Source: Octopus sinensis
Taxonomy: Eukaryota
Assembly: GCF_006345805.1 (NCBI RefSeq)
Contig: NC_043003.1
Coordinates: forward strand, 46,190,001-46,254,000
DNA length: 64,000 nt
Reading direction: 5' to 3'
Positions within the stretch are counted from its first letter, which is position 1; each line of letters begins with the position of its first letter. Shown piece after piece: positions 26,083 through 39,452 of the stretch. The notes under the pieces were generated by a model. It saw only the letters and a list, made by a program, of their open reading frames with translations. It was not told the origin of the DNA and did no database searches. A program made the translations under genes and the position numbers.

Positions 26083-27261
26083 TTAAATTTAAATGTTGAA
26101 GTGAATCTAACGGCTTTGCGTGTTTCTTAAATGGCTTATAAACACCTTCCACGCTGCAATTGTTTTCATTCCAGCACACGATCTCAGATCAAGTCACTCG
26201 CTATGCAAGTACATCTCCGTAAAACCTAATATTGTTATCAATAATAGTCAATCAAATGAGGGAATTTAATTTTTAATCTTGTTTCTTCTTCTTCAATTAG
26301 CACATCGGTCTCTGTTTCTCCTAACATGCCATTCATTATAACTATCCGGATCTCACAGGTTCTTAGCACTAACATAAACCACATACTCTCCAGTGGTAGT
26401 AGTCAAATATTACTTTCCGTGTATCGTACGCTTTTTATTTGGTATAATTTGTTTTGTTTTCGTTTTTTAATGTTTTCTTCCTCATTCTACGCTCCACAAG
26501 TGACTATCACTCCTCCTCACTGCCCAGTTTCGTTCATCACAAGACCATGGAGTGATGCCTACTGGGAGAAGCCACAAGGCATTTTCTACTGAGTACTATG
26601 TGACTTTGCTGCCCTTTTGTGGGCAGCTGCTAGTTTACTGATGTTATTGTCGCCAGTGTTTTCCGCCACAGTTTAATTTTCTTCTCTGGCTGCAGCTCCC
26701 CTGGATAGAAATTGTTCACTCTATTAAATGGAAATAAACTCACTTGGTACTATAAACACTTATTAGAAGGAGTATTGTCAATCAAACAGAAAAACTCACA
26801 AACGAAACAAAATATGAGAAATACACAAGGATCACAAGATGGCGTGTTTCAGTCATTACTGGAAGTGAAAGTATGCAATGAATAAATGATTAAAACTACT
26901 GAAAAATAAATTCAATAATAATAGTAATATTTCATATCGACACAAGCAATTTTCCATTATTATTCGCCATAAAAATTGTTTTTATTGGCCACAAGAGCCC
27001 AGGATGTTGAGGACATTCCAAAAGCGAAAAGTGAAAGTAACAATAAAAAATATACTGAGAAACATACATCAACCAGAAGGGCCAAAGCAGCAATAACAAT
27101 TTAATAAAATATTATCAAATGGAAACAATATCCATAGACGTCACTCGGAATCGAGTATGAGTTGGTAATGTGTAACATGGTTGCGCTAATTGCTCTCGGT
27201 TTTTATGCAACAGCAAGTACGCATACGGACCTCTCATCATTTACCCCAAAAATATTGAACA

Positions 27262-27386
27262 CTAGCAGTATAACCCGGTTTTGCCCGGAATTAAATTAGG
27301 ATTATTATGCTAATAATGTTCTTTATTTCAAACCAAACTAACATCGACGTCAAATTTGGGTGAAATCCGTTGAAATTAGTTTATAA

Positions 27387-27452
<66 letters not shown>

Positions 27453-27909
27453 TATACATATACATATATATGGGTGGGGGGAAACACACACACGTACGTA
27501 GGTACAGCTATTGCATACATGTTTTTTGTACGCATGAATGTTCGTGTGTGTGTGTGTGTGTGAGTGTGTGTGTGATGCACGTATATCAACAAAACACTTT
27601 TTTCCGCGATGGAAAAAAAAACAATAAAAGCCTTAACAAAAACTTACTCGTCGCTAGAAGGGAACTTAACTCTTGTTTGCAAACAATGATGATTTCATCG
27701 ACTTGAAAATTGTTAAAAGTTTTGGTTGGAAATTTATTTTTACTGCTATATGCCGGTGCCTCTGGGGAAAATAAGTTGATGAAAATACAGCTAGTATCAT
27801 GACGAATATCCTCCTAAAATTGGAGTAATATGCGTGCTAATTTGTAGACGTGCAGAAATGACATTCACGTACACACATACATACACATTCTGCATTTTAT
27901 ATATACAGA
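27262..27909 (-). mobile_element. Non-autonomous Helitron (~650 bp)
   Basis: On the minus strand starts A|TC at 27909 and ends CTAG|T at 27262, with a CCGG-n6-CCGG hairpin about 10 nt inside the 3' end; internal (TA)n and (TG)n. Confidence 0.8.
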
Positions 27910-28690
27910 TAGGACAAGTGGTGTGAGTCAGTGTTGCACATACACTAGGCTTGTACTCATTTTAATTGGGTAGATTGGATAAATCTGAAATGAAATGCCT
28001 TGCTCAAAGACATAACAGTCTGAGAAATTGAATAAACGTTTTTTATGATAGTGTCTCTAACAACCCTAAACACTAGGACATACAATAAATAAATGGCCAT
28101 AAATTGCTGGAAAAACACAAATGCCAATAATAAAAAATCCTAAAAAATAGAATGCAATCACATAGTGCTTCGGGGCAAACGAAATAACTTCGAATATTGT
28201 TACCAGAAGAAATCCTAAAACTAAATAGTTAGTGAATAGGTCCATTTACTCAAGTGCTAATTACATCAGTCTCTCTTAATTTCAACCAGAGACATAGGGA
28301 CAAACATTTCGTGAGAGCATAGATTCGATCAGTTCATGATTGGTAGTCTGAACATTGATCTTGCAGTGATGAAAACTAAAGGTGTCAACGACAGAATATG
28401 TTCATAGACTAAAATGAGTCAACTGAGAAGTTTAACCTGCACGCATGTATAGATGTGAAACGTGCGTGTATAAATGCACGAATATATATATATATGTGTG
28501 TGTGTATCCACGCTCGAGCACCCATGATTGTGTTTTCGTTATTGTACGAGTACACGGGAATACGTGCGTCTAGACATTTATAAGTATTAATTAATGAATA
28601 TGTACGTGTGGTGATTCCGCATCTCTCTTAATCTTTATCACACACACTTTCTCTCAGTATACATACATATATACATACATACATACATCC

Positions 28691-28722
<32 letters not shown>

Positions 28723-28763
28723 GAATGTATGTATGTATGTGTGTGAGTGTGTGGGTGTATACT

Positions 28764-29324
28764 GAGAAACGACCCTTCATCAGCTGTCGGCTGTCTATCT
28801 ACTCTACATTTCGAGGATTCAACTACACTATGAGTTTTCAAAGACAGTTTTTTAGAATTTATAGAGTTTCGAAGTTGAGAACAAAAACAGGTCAGTGGCG
28901 ACATACAAGGAAACCGAACGAATACAAACATTGGGGGTCGTTAGAGCAGAATGATTTGAAAATAGTGAACGCTGGGAGAAATATTTTCTCTGAAAAGAGA
29001 AAAGTTAGGAGAGAAAAAAGTCCAGTTCTTTGAACGCCCGTGCAGGAAAATAAAGATGTTCACGTGAGGAAAGGAAAGATGGATGATGATGACGTGTGAG
29101 CAACGAGAGAGAGAAAAAGGGAAAGAGAGGGACAGAGAAAGAAGGAGGGGGAGAAAAACAGAATTACAGAAGTATGGATGAAAAATCAGTATAGAGTAGA
29201 GTTGCATTAAAAAGGTGAAGATAAACTTACTTGGTAACGGATGCATGGCATTCAATTATAAAATAATAAATAATATATATACATATATAGTGAGTGAAAG
29301 TTGTGATGAAAGAGTCAGTAGAAG

Positions 29325-29365
<41 letters not shown>

Positions 29366-29486
29366 CCGAATGGGTACAGGACATCATCACATGTGTAAGC
29401 AACTGTGTTTGAAGACTCATAATGTCGTTGAATGCTCGAAATGACGAGTAGATAGACAGCCGACAACTGATGAAGGGTCGTTTCTC
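28764..29486. repeat. Inverted repeat pair, 86-bp arms about 550 bp apart
   Basis: 28764-28849 vs 29401-29486; about 8 mismatches by eye. Confidence 0.85.
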
Positions 29487-29629
29487 TGTGTTTACTTCTC
29501 CTGTTTTCCATTTTTTCTCTCATTGTTTATCTATTTAACTCATTTGTCTACGTATTTCACGTTGTTTACACAGTTGGTGACGTCCAGTACCCATATATTA
29601 TTTATCATTAATAATATTATCATTCTCTC

Positions 29630-30045
<416 letters not shown>

Positions 30046-30562
30046 AAATACAGATTATAGACAAATACCACACATTTATTCTCTCATTTCTCTAACTCAT
30101 TCTATATCCCTCAGCAAACACCTCATTGCGGCTCCTTTGTTAAGTCAATAAAAGAAAATGGTTTTGAATCTCTGTCACCTGGCATATTAACACGTATATT
30201 CCGCTTAACATTACTTGAATGGCGACTTACTACAATCTGTCCTTTAGCTAAATTTTTTCCTCGTAAGTACATGTACGTGTGTGAAGTTATGTGTATTTCG
30301 AAGTGTAAATTCATAAATATTTGCATATTTGCCTGTGTCAGAGATTTTGTGTACTTTTCTATAATTGATGTACATTTATACATATTCCTTAATAAATCTT
30401 ATCTTCAATACATTTATAGGCATATGCATGCGTTAAGTACAAACATACATACATCGTGCACATATAAGTACATAGCTTCATACAATCACTCAGACGAACA
30501 CATGTATTTGCACATGTATACGTAAACACACACACACTCAGACACTCACACATATATATAAG

Positions 30563-30595
<33 letters not shown>

Positions 30596-30672
30596 ATGTA
30601 TATATATGTATATATATATGTATATATATATATGCATATATCGATATATATGTATATATGTATATATATATA

Positions 30673-30932
30673 AAAGACCCCCTTCGGTCATGAATGACCA
30701 TGGGATTGCACCTAGAAAGTTACCCTCCTAGACACAAGTCCGGGCAAGGTTGTTTATGGCAGACCAGCAGTCGCCCATGCATACCAGCCTCCCCTCTCCA
30801 CGCCACCAGTGTTATCCAAGGGAAAGACAAAGGTCGATACAGCTTGGCACCAGTGACGTCGCAACTCATTTCTACAGTTGAGTGAGCTGGAGCAACGTGA
30901 AATAAAGTGCCTTGCTCAAGAACACAACACGC
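30673..30932 (-). mobile_element. SINE family C (CORE-like gtgttcttgagcaaggcactt; hairpin tail ggtcat-tc-atgacc)
   Basis: Homologous copies at 46712-47020 and 55155-55440. Confidence 0.85.
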
Positions 30933-30933
30933 A

Positions 30934-30978
30934 TATATATATATATATATTATTATATATATATAATATATATATATG

Positions 30979-31030
<52 letters not shown>

Positions 31031-31165
31031 GTATATATATATGTATATATATATATTTGTATATATATATGAATGTATATATATGTATGTATATATATAT
31101 ATATGTATGTATATATATATGTATGTATATATATATATGTGTGTATATATATGTATATATATGTG

Positions 31166-31209
<44 letters not shown>

Positions 31210-31270
31210 CATACATACATACATACGTATGCGTGTATATATGTATGTGTGCATGCATGTAAGTATGCAT
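30934..31270. repeat. (TA)n/(TATG)n compound microsatellite
   Basis: Direct inspection; similar tracts at 9047-9345, 11300-11515, 37638-37775, 38690-38965, 47870-48120 and 49172-49500. Confidence 0.95.
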
Positions 31271-32034
31271 GAATTTATGTATAGATATATACATATATTT
31301 CTTATGACATATTTTTGTGGAAGACATGACACCAGTAATTAGCAGCTGCCCCAAAGTATCATCAAGTTACCACCTCCCCATGCGGCACGACATTGTCGAC
31401 AAAACAACATACAATGCCACCTGGAAGAGATCGTCCTGGAATATATCGGGAGTTGTTGAATACATACACATACATCAACACAATTACTACTGGTAGAACA
31501 TTCCCATCGCAACATCTATCAGGTGAAAGCTTAACAGGCCAGATATTGGTCTTTGGGACAGAGACAAATATGTATGTACCGCGATAGAGGTCAGCTGTTC
31601 GGCTGATCTGAATATCTCTTTGAAAATTGAAAGAGAAAGAGGATAACTATAGAGAACTACAGCTGCTTTATCCAGATTACAAGTTTATGTTTATGCCAAT
31701 AATAATTGCTGCGCTTGGTTTAGTGAGTAAATGCTTAACTGACAGTCTCGATAAACTATGATTCACAGAAAAAGAAATCAACCAACTAACTTGCATATTA
31801 CATATCCCATCTGTAAGTGGAACAGTAAATATATACAAGACTTTTCACAAATTTAATATGTGGCATTGTTTTCGTTAGCAACATTCGATAATGGGGCTTT
31901 CTTTCTTTGTGAGAAACCAGCTTCTTCAAACGGAAATTTAAGACATAAAAACAGAAGAGAACTTCTGTTCTTACATACATACATACATGTATATTTACAT
32001 ACATACATACATGCATATTTACATACATGCATAC

Positions 32035-32065
<31 letters not shown>

Positions 32066-32258
32066 CATACATACATACATACATACAACATACATACATA
32101 CATACATATTCATATATTTCGTGTTTTATTAAGAAGCGATAGACAGTACCGGAATTGTCGACTTGATTCAAATACGACTAACTTCTCCAAATCCTAGTTA
32201 GGCAAAACAGAGTAGATTTGCTGATATTCCTGTTCGGTCATGGTGATCACGGTGATGT

Positions 32259-32289
<31 letters not shown>

Positions 32290-32335
32290 TATACATACGT
32301 ACATACATACATACATACATACATACATACATACA

Positions 32336-32366
<31 letters not shown>

Positions 32367-33348
32367 GTAATCAGTTTGTTTTGGATATAATACTGCCAAG
32401 AGTTCATTTGAAGTTTACTGTCCATAAGAGTGAAATATTAACCAGGAGTACACCTGGAAGAGATTTGGTCACCAAAACGAATATTGTATAGTAAATTTAT
32501 CGGCGATATTGCTTGACGAAAAGATATAATAACTACTTGAAATGAAAACCCAGCATTGACATTAATACGTGGATGTGACACTTGATTTTGAAGAGCGTAA
32601 ATATGTATGAGAGCAAGTGCATAGCATATAACCATCTTAAACGCCTTGCATGCCATATGGAACCTAAGAATCAAATCAGGAAAAGAATTCAAGGCAATAC
32701 TTAAAATCAAATTTTGTTATATGTATAATGCATCTTGCAAAAAACGGATTTAATAAATAATGAGCGGCATCATGCTTCTCTTGATATCGGATGACAATAT
32801 CATATCGTAGCCAAATTTGCGAGTGGCTTGTGTATCAAAGTGCTTTGAACTGCAGGTAGGTTTTGATGCTTTCTAAGCATGTCAGTCAAATGAACAAGTT
32901 GCAAGAGCGAGCAGAAACGCTCAAGTTGTGGCGGAGTTTATAAGCCACTGCAGAGTAATGTAAGAAAGCATAAACGACGAAAAGAAAGAAAAGAAAACTT
33001 CGTATTCAGAGTTGTCGTTGATGTATAAAAATTGATTACACTCGGTTCAAGTCGATTTTCGTCATAGATTAGTGTGCGGATATGTGTGTCTGTGTATGCG
33101 TGTATGTTAGTATGTGCTGGTGCTTACGTGAGAGTTTGCGTAAAGCAACTTTTCCTGCATCACCCATTCATAAGATTGTCAAATGAAGCTCAATCCGAAG
33201 GAATATAAAAACATACACACATACATGCATACACATACACGTTCACAAACATAAATGCACATGCATGCGCATCCATACATACCTATACATATATACACTT
33301 ATACATATATACGCCTTTACATATATACACATTTATATATATACACCT

Positions 33349-33499
33349 GTGGCTGTGTGGTAAGTAGCTTGCTTACCAACCACATGGTTCCGGGTTCAGT
33401 CCCATTGCGTGGCACCTTGGCAAGTGTCTTCTACTATAGCTTCGGGCCGACCAAACTTGTGAGTGGATTTGGTAGACGGAAACTAAAAGAAACCCGTCG

Positions 33500-33541
<42 letters not shown>

Positions 33542-33745
33542 GGTGTGTGGGTGTGTGTGTGTGTCCAACATCGCTTGTCAACCGATGCTGGTGTGTTTAC
33601 GTCCCCGTAACTTAGCGGTTCGGTAATGAGACCGATAGAATACGTACTAGGCTTACAAAAAATAAGTCCTGGGGTCGATTTGCTCGACTAAAGGCGGTGC
33701 TCAAACATGGCCGCAGTCAATATGACTGAAACAAATAAAAGAGCA
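33349..33745 (+). mobile_element. SINE family A
   Basis: Same architecture as 42134-42540. Confidence 0.88.
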
Positions 33746-33915
33746 TATATATATATATATATATATATGGAGGCGCAATGGCCCAGTGGTTAGGGCAGCG
33801 GACTCGCGGTCGTAGTATTTGTATAACAATACTCGTAACATTGTTGTTATCCAAATACTAAAATACTTATTCTATGTTATTCTGATATTAGAAGTTCTGA
33901 TATCATACAAAAAGT

Positions 33916-34130
33916 GGAGGCGCATGGCTCAGTGGTTAGGGAGTTGGATTCATAATTATAAGGTTGTGGTTTCGATTCCTTGACCGGACGACGCATTATG
34001 TCCTTCAGCAAAACACTACATTTCACATTGCTTCACTTCGCTCAGCTGAAAAAAGTGAGTAATTCTGCGAGGGACTGGCGTCCCGTCCAGGTGGAGAATA
34101 TATACGCCATGGAAACCGGGAAGTCGGCCC
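33916..34130 (+). mobile_element. tRNA-headed SINE with CORE-like middle and tail 3
   Basis: ggaggcgcatggctcagtggttag head; tgtccttcagcaaaacac middle; ggactggcgtcccgtccagg tail. A head-only stub of family D lies at 33768-33812. Confidence 0.65.
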
Positions 34131-34629
34131 TAAGACTTTATATAAATTAGGAATGAACTTCATCCTTTATGCATGCAAAAGACAGTAATCAAAATCGTCA
34201 GAAGGACTTACAATGACCATGGAGAACTTTTCCATATCGCATCGATAAAATGGCCCAGAATACTGACAGAATTAGGAATGAATTAATGAAATTGTTCAAA
34301 TTTTGAGCATAAATATCTTGACCTGAATTTTTACCTAAATAATGAACATTCCTGATGTATGTTAAGTAGAAAAGTATTTTTGAATTTTTGGAGATACGTA
34401 AACGTGGAACTATGTCTAACATTCCAACATATCAACACCATATTTGACATCAACAATAAATGAAATCAACAACCAAGTACTCTCAGGAATCCACTTTACA
34501 ATTTATGTGTATATATATACATAATAATGTCGACATGTGTAATTACATATGCGCGCTGGCGCACGCAGATACACATGGACATATATATATGTGTGTGTGT
34601 GTGTGTTTGTGTGTGTGTGTATGTGTGTG

Positions 34630-34917
34630 TGGTTAGGGTAGCAGACTCACGGTCGTAGTATCGCGGTTTCGATTCCCAGACCGAGCGTTGTGAGTTTTTA
34701 TTGAGCGAAAACACCTAAAAGCTCCACGAGGCTCTGGTAGAGGGGATGGCGATCCCTGCTGTACTCTTTCGCCACAACTTTCTCTCACTCTTTCTTCTGT
34801 TGGCCTGCTCGCTTAGCCAGCGGGGTGGCGTCATTTGAAGGCTAAAACAATGCGAAGCGCATTGTGACCAGCGATGTGTAGCAACATCTGATAGCATGGT
34901 CGGTCACGGTGATCACT

Positions 34918-34920
<3 letters not shown>
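34630..34920 (+). mobile_element. SINE family D head/body with alternative tail 2
   Basis: Shares head and body to tttctctcactc, then diverges into ggcctgctcgcttagccagc...ggtcggtcacggtgatc. Confidence 0.8.
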
Positions 34921-34975
<55 letters not shown>

Positions 34976-34989
34976 TATGTAAAATCAAA

Positions 34990-35640
34990 TGAGATAATTT
35001 GGCCACATTGTTCGAATGGCGGATGAATGCACACCTAAAGAGATTTTTATGGCCGTCTTGCAGAACGGAAAAGTGATCAGTGTAAACCTAAAAAGAGGTT
35101 TAAGACTGTAAAAGGACTAACATGAAGTCACTTGGATTGGATCCGAAGGTCATAGAAACACTTGCCTGAAATCGAGCTGGATGGCGAATAAAAAGTGTGA
35201 AGTGGTGTGAAAGGTTTTAAAGAAACTCAAAAGGAATTTTAAGAAAAATGCTACGATCAACGGGAAAATGAATCCCAACCAGCTTTTTGTGTGCACAATT
35301 TGTGACAGACCGTGACTTTCTTTTGCTGGGCTTAATCACTTGTGGACTCATGAAAAACAAACCTCAGCCAACTACTTTGTCTATTTATCTGTACATACCA
35401 GTCAATGCCATCCATGTATGCCATAAGATATGTCAATCTAACGGAGGCTTCAAATGACATGTTAAGATCCCCAAAGATCAGAACTTAACTGCAGGTCTGA
35501 ATGGTCCAAAGCAGATATGCAATTTTTGTGCGTGTATTTCCAAAGTATTGTCTAGTTTAAAGAGCCATATCAGACGCCATGATAGATCTTAGGTATAAGT
35601 ACAAGAGGTGATCAAACTCTGCATAAGAGTTTGATCACCA
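34990..35640 (+). mobile_element. RTE-clade LINE 3' end with three decayed C2H2 zinc fingers and a terminal hairpin
   Basis: Frameshifted RTE C-terminus (HxxRMADECTPKEIF...KPKKRFK); CTICDR..HLWTH; CHKICQSNGGFK*HVKI; CNFCACISKVLSSLKSHIRRH; perfect 14-bp stem 35607-35620/35626-35639. Confidence 0.75.
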
Positions 35641-35826
35641 TGTATATATGTATGTATATATGAGTATATATGTGTGTGTGCGCGCACGCGTGCGTGTGTG
35701 TGTATACATACATGCATACATACCTACATACATACACGCATATATATATATATATATATATATATTTATTTATTTATACGTATGCTTGTATGTTTGGTAT
35801 GTATGTATGTATATAGCATTAATTTC

Positions 35827-35894
<68 letters not shown>

Positions 35895-37044
35895 CGATAT
35901 GCCGATGATGTTGGATGAAATTGAAGTCTTATTGCTTTAGTTTGTTTTTGCAAAAATGAAAAAGCCTCAAATATAAACCGTATGAATACGCTTCAAACTG
36001 GAAAACCTATATTGATAGATATCTAAAATTATGGTGTTTCTGTAATTTAACATATTTACCGCTAATATTATCTGTTATTTTGAAGTTATATAGCTTGCTA
36101 AACTATATGAGAAATGAGCAAACAATAGCTTCTCTCTCTTTCTGTCTGTCTGTCTCTCTCTCTCTCTTTCTGTCTTTGTCTTCCTTCTCCTCCTCGCCTA
36201 TTCCCCTCATCCTTCTCTTCTTTTTTCTCTCTTCTTAGGTCACGCCTCGAGACGTCGCCTTAGTGGACATCAATGCTACTCTGAAAATTCACGATTTCTG
36301 AAGGAAGATCACAGCTGTGGTTTCCAGTGATAGCTGATAGTTTGCTCTACCAGTCTCCTACTTTCTCGAGCTTAGTCGTGAGACACTCGGCGTATTTAAG
36401 CCTTATACACGTGCACTAATTCTTGTAATGTCAGTGGGATTCTGTGTCACGTGTCAGGGGGTGGGGTGCAACCCTCCAGCGGGTTCTGTGTGACTTAAAG
36501 CAAGGATTACATTCTGCTACGTCACTGGGGCACTTGTCAGGTGCGAATATTTAGCATCAGCGCAGACTTGTATGTAATGCTAAGCGGTGGCTTAAAAACT
36601 CCTCAAAATTCCTTTACTCCCGAACGAAAGCCTTCTCACGGGATATATATGTATGTATATGAATATGTATATACGCAATAGATATACATATAAGAGGTAT
36701 TCAGCTGCTTAACTTACAATGAAAAAGAATTATATTCTCTATGGTAAATCATAAATATATATGGTTTGGAGATGATTATAGACTTATTTGAAACATACTT
36801 GCTTCCTGTTATTATGCAAACCTTCAGTAAATGAAAGCGGATTAATATCATTATTTGATCGAAAGAAAGACTAGACGAGGATAACAATAGTTGTAAATTC
36901 GATGGTTAATCCGTCGTCTGAATGAAACTATTAAGTTCCATGTTGTTTAAAGTTATCTAATTATATATACTACATGTCTCACTATCTCTCTTCTCGTTTC
37001 CCCTCTCTCTCTCTCTCTCATTCTGTCTCTCTCTTTTCTTTCAG

Positions 37045-37204
37045 ATTTGGTGAGTTTGATTTTCTAATTATTCAGCGGTGGTGGTCAGAATATGGCATCA
37101 GCTGCTGGTAGCAATATTCCATTGCAAAAACAATATTAATCTATCCAGTTACGATTACAGCAAATCCGTGTATCAAACCACTTTCACGTAACCACGACAT
37201 CGAA
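37045..37204 (+). other. Candidate non-coding or UTR exon
   Basis: Strong acceptor ctctcttttctttcAG (37044) and donor GAA|GTAAGT (37205); stops in all three frames. Confidence 0.4.
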
Positions 37205-37635
37205 GTAAGTACGTGTAATAAAGAGTGGCCTCACATTTATATACTTTACTGCCTAAAAGACAAAATAAATCGCATGTTTAATCAAAAGATATCATTTTGC
37301 ATTATATACACCGAGCTTCACATGCCATTGTCACATCTATAGGGTTAAACATATTAGTAGTAAAATATTTATCTAGTATATAGCTGTTTGGTTACATTTA
37401 ACAATATGGCTTTTAGATATATATTGACAAATGGTAAGATAACTTATCTGTTGTTAAGTTTTCCTTTTGAATGTGACAGAAGAAATAAGTCTGTATCAAT
37501 TTGAAAATCGTTCGTGTTCTGGTCAAATACTTTTATATTTGTTTACGAGAAAACATTTGCTTTTAGAATCACTAATCTTTGTTTCGGTACGTAGAAGCAA
37601 GTGAATCTATCAATTCATTTCCCTATGTATATCTC

Positions 37636-37782
<147 letters not shown>

Positions 37783-38234
37783 ATTGGGTGTTATATCTGA
37801 ATGTATATTTGTTGCTTTAGCTATACATTTGCAAAACATATTTTAAAGAAGGCAATATGTGTTTATTTGTTATAACTTACAGTATGAGTGTGCACACGGG
37901 GACACACAAACACACATACAAACACAAGCTCGCACACAAATACATACACATACAAATACACAGACACACACATGCACGTACAACTATATATATATATATA
38001 TGTATTGTCATACATAGGCATATGTAGACAAGAGTGTGTGTGTGTTTGTGTATGTGAATGTGTGAGAGTGTTTCTTTGTGTGAGTGCATTGGTTTGTGTG
38101 AGTGTATACTGAGAAACGAAGACACAGTATTTTGAGGCATTCCAGGAAACGTAAGTCGACAAACATTGAAATAGTTTAGAAAATGTCTGGAACTTTTATG
38201 TTTGCACCATATAATATATAATAGTTATATATAT

Positions 38235-38268
<34 letters not shown>

Positions 38269-38748
38269 CGATATGATATTAGGAAGTATATCCAAACTTA
38301 TACTAATTTAATTTAAATATTTATTATATATATATATATATATACACACATATATATATATGTATATATGTATGTGTTCATTTACTTATTTCAGTTATTT
38401 GTCTAAGGCCATGCTGGAGCACCGCCTTATACAATTTTATTCGAAGAAATCGACCTTAGGACTTATATTTTTGTATGATGTGTCATAGAAGCATGGTGTG
38501 TGGTAGATGCAAAGCGACATTTAGATATCCACTATTCCAGCATAGTAAGCCTGGTACTAGTAAGCCTAGTACGTAATCTATGGGTATATTTTGTTGAACT
38601 GATAAGTTAACACACCAACATCAGCTGTCAATTGATGACAGGAGGAAAACACAGAAACAAAGACATCACATACATCAATATCTATCTATCTATCTATCTA
38701 TCTATCTTCTATCTATCTATCTATCTATCTATCTATATATATATATAT

Positions 38749-38814
<66 letters not shown>

Positions 38815-38833
38815 CATATATATACATATATTA

Positions 38834-38970
<137 letters not shown>

Positions 38971-39452
38971 GGAGGTTTGAAAATGCAATTTTAAAAGGCG
39001 TTTATTCACTTAACCGGTTTCACTTTTTTAGAAAAAGTTTGTGAAAAGTAAAATGTAAAAGCATTGTTCCGTTAAGTACTGGTTGTCACAAAATATTACA
39101 ATACATATGTACATTCTTTGTTAACGATAAGAAAAATGTTAAAACACTTTAAAAGGAAAAATCTTGAGAAGATATTAAAAAGTTCATTGAAAATATTAGG
39201 ATTTCATTAAAAATCATGTTTGTTTGGAAGTATCTATATATATACACAGAAAATTATAAGTTGAAAAAGGTCATATGTTGGTGGTATATATATATATATA
39301 CATACAACCGGCTTCTTTCAGTTTCCGTCTACTGAATCCACTCTTTGGTCGGCTCGAGGTTATAGTAAGACTGAACCCGAAACCATGCGGCTGACGGGGG
39401 GGGGGGGGCAGCTTCTTACCAAAAGCCATGCCTGGGCCTACATATATATATA

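Larger units (their letters stand above)
25895..26221. mobile_element. Foldback non-autonomous element, probably Penelope-like (inverted pLTR pair), with hammerhead motifs
   Basis: Arms of about 126 bp (25891-26016 / 26036-26160) with about 4 differences; 13-bp direct repeat aaacctaatattg at 25882-25894 and 26222-26234 (TSD). Confidence 0.8.

Noticed and set aside
29430-29490. CTCGAAA...CTGATGA as a permuted hammerhead
   Set aside because: No stem I or stem III pairing consistent with the core could be built in either copy.
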